DNA from: Basidiobolus meristosporus CBS 931.73
Taxonomy: Eukaryota; Fungi; Basidiobolomycota
Reading direction: 5' to 3'
Assembly (NCBI GenBank): GCA_002104905.1
Contig: MCFE01000663.1
Location: 1-48,739, forward strand
Length of the DNA stretch: 48,739 nt
Part shown: positions 36,976 to 46,299 of the stretch, one piece after another
Position numbering within the stretch: the stretch's first letter is position 1
Layout: every line of letters begins with the position of its first letter
Made by a program: the position numbers and the translations under genes
The notes under the pieces: generated by a model
Databases searched by the model: none
Seen by the model: the letters and a program-made list of their open reading frames with translations, nothing else
What the model was told of the DNA's origin: nothing

Positions 36976-37896
36976 GCGTTTCCTAACTTGTTGTCTCTTG
37001 TAAATTCCATCATTAGAGTGTATAATTTTATACGAGTTTGTTGTTTAAAGTATTCCATACATATATATAAATAGATATAGAGCCACTCTTCTTGAGAAAG
37101 CTTGCGGCGAGGAGTATTCCATAATAAATGGTGTTAATTCTGAAGGCTAGAAAGGATGGCGCCGAAGTATAGGCTACGGGACCTACCAGACTGGGAGATA
37201 ACAGCAGCAGGCCAGCAATATGCGGAAGTAAAGATTTTGAGGTTTGTACAGAGAGCAAAGGGCTAGGCTTTTAGATACTCTATTGTGAATATTATGTTGT
37301 GCTTACAAATAAAAAGAGAAAAGTGCAACAAGTAGTTATACTAGGACTTCTGACAGTATAAACATTGCTGGTTATTTGATGCCTCATCAATACTATAAGG
37401 GCACTCTGGCTACTCAGTCTCTATGTTGTATGCGGCAACTTAGGCCTAACCGCTGAGATTATAGCTGACAGCCTCATGATAAGTGCTTTTTGAGGGTGAA
37501 ACTGAAACAGTACATCAGTATCTTTAAAATCAAAGCACTCCTCAGCATGTGTGTAGCAATAGTAGCTATTGCATCTTGGACACGTAAAACCCAAGCAAAA
37601 AGCACTCATTCTCCATCTGATTGCTTGAGGTACAAAAAAGCAATTGTTGATATAGAAAGAATCATCTGCACAACTATTGGGATAACAACTTGTAGCTATG
37701 ATCAGTCTGATTCTGTCCCTTGATGTTGAAACTCTTGAAATATTGTTAAGCTTTCTAAGAGTCATGACTACAGAAAGTGGACTTGTGTAAACTCTTTATC
37801 ATTCAAGTATTCTTAGTAGTCTTTTGAATGTTGTATATCTTAATAAATCAGAGAGCCTGTTATGACAGGCATTTTGTCAGTCATAATGCTTCCCAC

Positions 37897-38244
37897 TGTT
37901 GTAAGAGTCCTGGAGATATTGAAGGTGATTGGGAGAACAAGTAGATTATGTGGTATTCACTCAATGATTTATTGTATGTCAAGTAGTGTTTATACTTTTA
38001 CATGGTCTTGGCACAGCAAAAACATGGAATATACTCTAGAAGGCCCCAAGAACATGTGTGCAAAGTTTGGGGCTATTTAGATAATTTTGAGAATTTGAAT
38101 ATTTTGGGTACCAGATGATTTGGTGACAATAGTCCAGGTAAATCCCAACAGGAAATTTGGTCAGCATTCACTAAGGTTTATAGGTAATGCTAAAAGTGAC
38201 TAAGTTAGATGAATGTGTAGGTGGAATTACAAATTTTTACAACA
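37897..38244 (-). repeat. Degenerate copia solo LTR with a probable 5 bp TSD
   Basis: TGTTGTAAGAG...TTTTTACAACA, 348 bp, aligns to the family LTR. Flanks are CCCAC (37892-37896) and CTCAC (38245-38249). Confidence 0.88.
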
Positions 38245-39197
38245 CTCACTAAGTTTTGCAGTGGATTAGCTACAGATGCTTGGGTATAATGATTGCCAAA
38301 TGTGATACCTAATGTTTCATAAAAATTGCAAACTACTTCAATTCTACATATACTACAAATTAGTCTTTTATACCCCATATTGTGATACATTAAAGCATTC
38401 ACAACCCAGCCAAGTGCTTGTTGCTGTATAAGCTCAAGCTTCAGAAATGGCAACTTATAAAGTGATATATTAATGATGGGGGCAGCATACCCCCATCTTG
38501 ACTGAATATAATCCCTAAATATATGCAACTTCACTAGACAATCCCATCCTGAGCAGTGATGCTGAAGTACTGAGAGTGTAAGTTTTGCCTTAGATGCACA
38601 GCAATCAGTATACAGAGGCCAGTCTACTCCTTTGAAGGTATCAGGTGGGCCTAGATCCCTATGAAAAATAATTTGGTCTTGCATGTGGATCTGATCCAGA
38701 TCTGTGTCAAGATTCTATCAGGAGACTGCTTTAATACCAGCAGTTTGGAATTAATGACCATCTACACAATCTTATGACTGGATCACAACAACATTTTGCT
38801 AATTTTGCAGCCAAATAAAGTTGAAAAATATAATAGTGTTTGTATGGTGTTTTGCTGAGGGTGACACAGCATTGTTGTGGTCTAAGGGCACTTTACAGCT
38901 ACTTAAGTGGATCTAACTGCCCAGTACATCCAATTGCCTTATATGGCAGAAAAATTGATGATGTTTTGATGGCCTCTTTGCAAACCTCTGATGGCATTAT
39001 TACGGCAGTATGGCAGCCTACAGCTAGTTCTATATAATGCTACCATACCAATTTACCAAGTGGTATTTCCTTTTTCCACCTCCCCTTGCACAATTCATAT
39101 ATTCCACTGTAGAATCACCCCTCTTTATTTGCCTACCCACTACTACCTTGGGTATTCCACATATAGTTTAAGTCAAAAAATTCTATGGCCTCCTGCC

Positions 39198-39386
39198 TGT
39201 TGTAGAAGTCTTGAAGATATTGGAAGCGTGTTTTTTACTTTACAATCTATTGAATGTAAAGTGGTATTTATACTTTTACATTATCTTTGCATAATAAACT
39301 CATAGAATAGGTTAAGGAGGGTCCTAAGGGCATGTGTGCCAAGTTTGGGGCTGCTTGAACAATTTAGAGAATTTTCATGTTCTGGG
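39198..39386 (-). repeat. Partial copia LTR interrupted by the plus-strand LTR at 39387
   Basis: TGTTGTAGAAGTCTTGAAGATATTGGAAG...TTTTCATGTTCTGGG aligns to the LTR reverse complement and stops abruptly. Confidence 0.85.
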
Positions 39387-40342
39387 TGTTGTAATTATTA
39401 AGCTGTCACCAGAATACTGATGCTAGTTTAGTCACATAGATCTTATTTTTTGATTAGCATTCTGTCCTGACCAGATTTCTTGTTGGGATTTAGTTAGAAT
39501 ATTTTCACCAAATTATCAGGTACCAAGATTATGATCCTTCTCAAAGTTGTCCAAAAGCCCCCAAACTTTGCACACATATTCTTGGGACCTTCCTTAGCAA
39601 AGTCTACATGTTTGTTTGCTCTACTTCATCAAAAGTATAAACCATACTTTTGATCAATAAATCTATAAGTTAATAACATGTATATCCTCTAGTTCTCCAC
39701 ATCACTTCCAATACTCCTCAGAATATTGCAACAGGTTATGAGCCACAAGCTTATTGCTCTCTTGGCGTCTATTAGCCTTGGATCATTTTCTGCTAATCTG
39801 GAGAAAGACTTTCCGCACTATTGCCCTGCCAAAGTTAATGATGACTGCTGCTGCTACAAGGACTATGTTCATGAAGATATTGCTGTGGAGAAGAAGGCTG
39901 TGCCTTCCAAAGACTCATTCAGTAACTACTCAAGCTGGCTATGGAGGAGAATCTATCAAGTTCACAGGTAAATATGTCAAGAAATGTAGTATGTGTTGTA
40001 AAAATTCGTAATTCCACCTAAATATTCACCTAACTTAGCCACTTAGATCATCACCTTCAAATCCTAGAGAATACTGACCAAATTCCTTGTTGGGATTTAC
40101 TTAGAATATTTTCACCAAAATACCAGGTACCCAGAACATGAAAATTCTCAAAGTTGTCCAAACAGCCCCAAACTTTGCACACATGTTCTTGGGACCTTCC
40201 TTAACCTATCCTATGTGTTTGTAATGCCAAGACCATGTAAAAGTATAAATACTACTTTTACATTCAATAAATCATTAAGTGAAAACCACATAATCTACTT
40301 GTTCTCCAAATCACTTCCAATATCTCCAAGACTCTTACAACA

Positions 40343-40354
40343 GGTTATGAGCCC
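40343..40354 (+). other. Primer binding site complementary to the anticodon stem-loop of initiator tRNA-Met (half-tRNA priming)
   Basis: GGTTATGAGCCC directly follows the LTR and is the reverse complement of GGGCUCAUAACC, as in yeast tRNAiMet and the Ty5 PBS. Confidence 0.9.
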
Positions 40355-43300
40355 CGGGCTGTCACTCTCTGCAATGTCTACTACTGCTATTACTGGAATT
40401 TTTCCCTCTGCTGAAAAGTTGGATGGCTCTAACTACCAAGTGTGGAAGGTGAAGATGAAGATGCTGCTACAAGAAAGAGGCCTTTGGGATATTGTCATGG
40501 GAGAAGAATGCCCTCCTAAAAACGTGAGAGAGGAAGCCTTAAAGTAACAGAAGAAAGAACAAAGTGCCTTTAACTGCATTTGCCTTAATGTCAAGGACAA
40601 ATTGCTAATTCAATGCTCAAGAGCAAAAACGGCAAAGAATGCCTGGAAGGCATTAGAAGACACCTAACAGTCATGTTCAGCTGCCAAGAAAATGTATCTG
40701 AGAAGAAAATTCTTTACTACAAAGATGCTGCCAGGAGAAGAAATGAAAAATCTAATTAACAGAATTACCCTGCTGGTAGATGAGATGGAATCTGTGGGCG
40801 TACCAACTACTGATGAGGATGTGATAGTTACCATCCTGAATAGCCTGACAGACAAGTTTCAGGGCCTTGTATCAGCCCTAGAGTCCAGAACTGAAGATTT
40901 GACCTTAAATTACGTATATGGAAGGCTCCTGGATGAAGAATTAAGAAAATCAAGTGCAAATAAGAAGGAAGAAGAAAATGCTTTAATAAGCAATGATAAC
41001 CAACAAAGGAGGTATCCAAGACCCTACAAAGGCAACAGCAACCTATTTTGCAACTACTGCAAAAGGAAAGGACACACATCAGACCGGTGTCTCAAAAAGA
41101 GAGATTATCAGCAAAAGAAGCCCAAATATGGAAATGCTGCAACAACTGAAGATAGACTATTCATATCTGCACTAAATATGACCACAAACAAGGGTTCTCA
41201 GATGTGGTATATTGACTCTGGAGCTTCTCAACACTTTACACACCAAAAAGAACTTTTTACCCAATATCAAGAAATTCCAATTAAGAAGGTTTTCATGAGT
41301 GACAATAGAACACTTGATGCAGTGGGAGAAGGAACTATCCAAGTAAACCTTAGAAGCAGTGAAGGAAGCCATACACTGACCTTTAAAGAAGTACTCTATG
41401 TACCAGAAATAGCCAAAAACCTACTCTCTGTAAGCAAGGCCACAGCAGAAGGACTCAGTTTCAGTTTTGACAATTCTGGATGCAGGATCACTGATCAAAA
41501 TGGTGCTCATATTGCTTCAGGCATCAGAGATCAGAATCTATACAAGTTGACTTATATTCCATCATATCTGGAAGCCAATATAAGTAACTTAAATGAAGAA
41601 ACACCAATGCTTTGGCACAGGAGATTTGGACACATCAATTTTGATTATTTGCGTAAAATGATCAAAGATCAGCTAATTTCTGGAGTGAAAATTGATCCCC
41701 CAGCTAATTTGAAGCACTGTGAAGCCTGCATATATGGGAAACAAGCCAGACAACCGTTCAAGAGCTCTGGGTTAATCAAAACTAAGAAAAAATTAGATCT
41801 AATTCACTCAGATCTGTGTGGACCTATGCAAAATTTATCCTTAGGCGGGATGTAGTATTTAATCACTTTTATTGATGATTATACAAGATACACATGGGTC
41901 TACTTCATGGAGAGAAAGGAAGAAGCTCTGTCTAAGCTCAGGGAGTTTAAAGCCATGGTGGAGAGAGAAACTGGTGAAAAAATCAAGAAAATACACTCTG
42001 ACAATGGTGGAGAATATACCTCAAAACTCTTCATCCACTTCTGCAAAATTCATGGGATAAAGCATGAGACTACTGTACCATACCCCCCACAGCAAAATGG
42101 AGTAGCAGAACAAGCTAACAGATCAATAATTGATATGGCAAGATCTATGATCCATGATCAAAAATTATCCTATGATTTTTGGGCGGAATCAGTTGCCACT
42201 GCTGTATACCTTAAAAATAGGAGTTATAACAGAATACTTCGTGATTCTACTCCATTTGAAGCATGGTATGGATACAGACCAGGTGCAGAACATCTAAGAA
42301 TATTTGGGTGTACAGAATATGCCAAAAAACTGGCCGGAAATCAGTCAAAATTTGAGCCAAAAAGTGCAAAATGCATATTTTTGGGCTACTGCAATGAGGG
42401 TAAGGCATACAGACTCTACAATACCAAAGCAAAGAAGCTTATCAAGTCCAGGGATGTGTTGTTTGATGAAAATTCAAAATTATTACAAAAAATGACATCA
42501 GATGATGACGAAAATTTGATCTCAAGTTCACCAATTGTCAGGATTGAATCAGAGCAAAACAATGAAGATTTTTTCACTCCAGAGGACTCTACAACCGTGG
42601 TTCAGCCAGAATCAGTGCCCAGGAATATCCCAGAAGTGATCATTCCAGTATCAAATGCCCGGAGATCAAATCGGACAAGAAATAGCCCAAATTACTATAT
42701 CAATGAGGGTACAAACTTAGCCTATGCCTATTCAGTCCATATTGATGAACCCCAGACTGTAAAAGAGGCCCTAAATAGCCCTCAGACAAAGTTTTGGAGA
42801 TCTGCAATGACTGAGGAATATCAGGCCCTGATGGAAAATCAAACTTGGGACTTAGTCAAATTACCAATCAGCCAAAAATCAATTGGATGCAGATGGGTCT
42901 TCAAGACAAAATACAAGGCTGATGGCACAGTTGAAAGATACAAAGCAAGACTTGTAGCCAAAGGACACTCTCAAACAAAAGGACTTGACTATACTGAGAC
43001 CTTTGCACCGGTAGCCAAGTTTAATTCCATCAGATTAATATTGGCTATTGCAGCCAAATATAAGTTTTTTATTCATCAAATGGATGTAAAAGCTGCATTT
43101 TTGAATGGAGAACTTGATGAGGATGTGTATATGGACCAGCCTGATGGGTTTGTTGACCAAAATAACCCCCATTTGGTCTGCAAGCTCAAAAAGTCACTAT
43201 ATGGTCTCAAACAATCACCAAGAGCCTGGAATTGCAAGATAGATTCTTATTTGCAATCCTTGAGTTTCAAAAGAAGTAATGCTGACTATAGTATATACTA

Positions 43301-44318
43301 TAAGCCAGATAGAGCAAATCCAGTTCTATTAGCTCTATATGTGGATGATCTTATTATAGCCGCCAATAACCTAGAAACATTGGAAGAGACTAAATCCAGC
43401 CTATCTAAGGAGTTCAAGATGTCTGATTTAGGAGAACTTAGTTACTACTTAGGGATTAAGTTCTCCATAGACATAAGTACCCAGACTATTACCCTAAGCC
43501 AATCCAAGTATATTCAAGATATACTAAAGAAGTACAAAATGGAAGATTGTAAACTGGCAGCTACCCCAATGGAGACAAACCTTAACTTGGTCAAAACTCA
43601 ACCAAATCAAGAGAGCTTGGTGCCATCTGAAAGCCCTGACTTTCCTTATCATTCTATGGTCGGCAGTCTGATGTATATCATGCTTGGAACACGTCCAGAT
43701 ATCTCATACTCAGTGGGAGTTGTCAGCCAACATAATCAGAACTATGGATCTGATCATATTGCAGCAGTTAAGCGGATTTTTAGATACCTAAAAGGAACTG
43801 CTGATATCTGCTTAAGATACACTTATAAGGACTCAGAACAAGATCTTGTGGGATACTCTGATGCAGATTGGGGACAAAATTTGGAAGACAGAAGATCCAC
43901 CACAGGATACACCTTTCTTTACTGTAAAGAAGCAATTTCATGGAATTCAAGAAAGCAACCAACCGTAGCACTTTCTACTACAGAGGCAGAGTATATGGCA
44001 GCCTGTGAAGCTACAAAAGAAGCAATGTGGTTAAGAAAACTCTTTACAGATTTAGGCCTATGTCAAAAAACACCTATTACTTTATTTCAAGATAATCAAT
44101 GATGTATGCAATTAGGTAGAAATCCAACTTTTCATGCTAGAGCCAAGCACATAGATATTAGACATCATTTCATACGTGAAGCTATAGAGAATAACTTAGT
44201 TAGCTTAGTTTACTGTCCTACAGATGAAATGATTGCAGACATATTTACCAAACCATTAGCTAGAGACAAGTTTGAATATCTTAGGTCAAAATTAGGACTA
44301 GTCAGTATGAACATTTAG
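40347..44318 (+). pseudogene. copia gag-pol, single frame of 1324 codons with four in-frame stops (40545, 40665, 41853, 44100)
   Basis: KLDGSNYQVW, CNYCKRKGHTSDRC knuckle, WYIDSGASQH protease, LWHRRFGH/CEAC, IHSDNGGEY, YKARLVAKG, QMDVKAAFLNG, LYGLKQSPRAW, LYVDDL and RNase H motifs all in one frame. Confidence 0.95.
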
Positions 44319-45130
44319 CTGAGTGGGAGTGTTGTAAAGATTCGTAATTCCACCTAAATATTCACCTAACTTAGCCACTTAGATCATCACCTTCAAATCC
44401 TAGAGAATACTGACCAAATTCCTTGTTGGGATTTACTTAGAATATTTTCACCAAAATACCAGGTACCCAGAACATGAAAATTCTCAAAGTTGTCCAAACA
44501 GCCCCAAACTTTGCACACATGTTCTTGGGACCTTCCTTAACCTATCCTATGTGTTTGTAATGCCAAGACCATGTAAAAGTATAAATACTACTTTTACATT
44601 CAATAAATCATTAAGTGAAAACCACATAATCTACTTGTTCTCCAAATCACTTCCAATATCTCCAAGACTCTTACAACAGTATGTTGGTGCTCTACCAATA
44701 ATGAATAAAATTGTGTAACTCCAGCAATTGAGGGTCCAGATCTATAATGAAATATATTGCTATATGTATTCATATGACCTCAAATGACTGTTGGCAAGCT
44801 TTTGAATAGTATATTCTCCTGAATTGCCAAAAAAAATAGATCATTGAATGATTGCTGGAGGAGGATTTTACCAAATCTGTTGCTGCTCAAAATAAGACTG
44901 AGAATGCAAATACTGGAGCTGTTAACCGCCATTTTGAACTACCATTAATGGGAAAAGATCTCAGGAACTAGCTCCCTGAGTTGTAAGGATCCTGATGATA
45001 TACAATACATGTATATCCACCTGAAGTACTGATATGTACTACATAATCCAATGGAAGAATGGAATAATTGTATCAAGTGTTTTGATACTGAAACTAATGT
45101 ACCAGGAGCCAAATATAGAGCTGTTGGACA

Positions 45131-45484
45131 TAGGGTTAGGGGGGAGGAAAGTCACCAAGTGGTGAAAGCTGTATTTACTTATAACAACTATTTAAAGAAG
45201 CCAAATTAATCTGAAGTTATTCCTGGAAAGCTAGGTCTGAGAGATATCTTCCTGGTAAGCCAGGCCTGAGAGTTGAGAAGCTGAGTGGTACTCTATTTCC
45301 CAGTTAGCTAGGTCTGAGAGAGGTTTCCTGGAAAGCCAGGCCTGAGAAGTGTGAATCTGAGTATATCTGAGGTCAGTTGTACTGGTTTGTGGTAGCTGAA
45401 TTGCGGCCGTAATGGCCAGTAGACTGGGGGGATGGAGGGGAATATCTGGGCAATCACTGGCCAAATTTACTATGTAAATCTTAA
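45131..45484 (-). mobile_element. Short telomere-associated element sharing the LINE 3' tail (non-autonomous partner or 5'-truncated relative)
   Basis: Begins TAGGGTTAGGGGGGAGGAAAGTCACCAAGTGGTGAAAG, homologous over about 60 nt to 46291-46350. The body is unrelated to the RT ORF end and holds a 2 x ~77 bp repeat (45220-45372). Confidence 0.7.
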
Positions 45485-45501
45485 GGTTAGGGGGGAGGAA
45501 A
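45485..45501 (-). mobile_element. Third 3'-tail stub of the telomeric element, interrupted by a copia LTR
   Basis: GGTTAGGGGGGAGGAAA is identical to 45134-45150 and is followed immediately by TGTTGTAAGAG. Confidence 0.75.
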
Positions 45502-46267
45502 TGTTGTAAGAGTCTTGGAGATATTGGAAGTGATTAGGAGAACAAGTAGATTATGTGGTTTTCACTTAATGATTTATTGAATGTAAAAGTAGTATTTATA
45601 CCTTTACCTGGTCTTGCATTACAAACACGCAGAATAGGTTAAGGAAGGTCCCAAAAACATGTGTGCAAAGTTTGGGGCTGTTTAGACAACTTTGAGAATT
45701 TTCATGTTCTGGGTACCTGGTATTTTAGTGAAAATATTCTAAGTAAATCCCAACAAGGAATTTGGTCAGTATTCTCTAGGATTTAAAGGTGATGATCTAA
45801 GTGGCTAAGTTAGGTGAATATTTAGGTGGAATTACGAATTTTTACAACACTCCCACTCAGCTAAATGTTCATACTGACTAGTCCTAGTTTTGACCTAAGA
45901 TATTCAAACTTGTCTCTAGCTAATGGTTTGGTAAATATGTCTGCAATCATTTCATCTGTAGGACAGTAAACTAAGCTAACTAAGTTATTCTCTATAGCTT
46001 CACGTATGAAATGATGTCTAATATCTATGTGCTTGGTTCTAGCATGAAAAGTTAGATTTCTACCTAATTGTATACATCATTGATTATCTTGAAATAAAGT
46101 AATAAGCGTTTTTTGACATAGGCCTTAATCTGTAAAAAGCTTTCTTAGCCACATTGCTTCTTTTGTAGCTTCACAGGCTGCCATATACTCTGCCTCTGTA
46201 GTAGAAAGTGCTACGGTTGGTTGCTTTCTTGAATTCCATGAAATTGCTTCTTTACAGTAAAGAAAGG
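45502..46267 (-). mobile_element. Truncated copia (3' LTR 45502-45849, PPT 45850-45858, RNase H fragment) broken at a telomeric repeat tract
   Basis: Reverse complement of 43912-44678 at high identity. Copia sequence ends at ...AGAAAGG and switches to GGTTAGGG. Confidence 0.95.
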
Positions 46268-46299
46268 GGTTAGGGTTAGGGTTAGGGTTTTAGGGGGGG
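46268..46299 (+). repeat. Short interstitial telomeric tract: GG(TTAGGG)3 TTTTAGGGGGGG
   Basis: Read directly between the broken copia and the LINE 3' tail. Confidence 0.95.

Larger units (their letters stand above)
39994..44678 (+). mobile_element. Full-length Ty1/copia (Ty5/Hemivirus-type) LTR retrotransposon, 4685 bp
   Basis: 349 bp LTRs at 39994-40342 and 44330-44678 with one difference seen (position 10). TSD GTATG at 39989-39993 and 44679-44683, PBS 40343-40354, PPT 44321-44329. Domain order Gag-PR-IN-RT-RH. Confidence 0.98.
39387..45130 (+). mobile_element. Older LTR element (diverged 5' LTR 39387-39733, PBS 39734-39744) with a non-gag interior, split by the full-length copia and truncated at a telomeric junction
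   Basis: TGTTGTAA...TTGCAACA followed by GGTTATGAGCC. The interior 39745-39993 resumes at 44684-45130 after TSD GTATG. No 3' LTR is seen. Confidence 0.65.

Noticed and set aside
40545-44102. Stop-codon reassignment or programmed readthrough explaining the copia stops
   Set aside because: Host genes in the window end in TAA, TAG and TGA normally, and the paralog at 601-603 has GGA where this copy has TGA.
45220-45372. CRISPR array or hammerhead ribozyme in the short repeats
   Set aside because: Eukaryotic context, only four degenerate units with unequal non-unique spacers and no cas genes. No CTGANGA...GAAA hammerhead core found on either strand.
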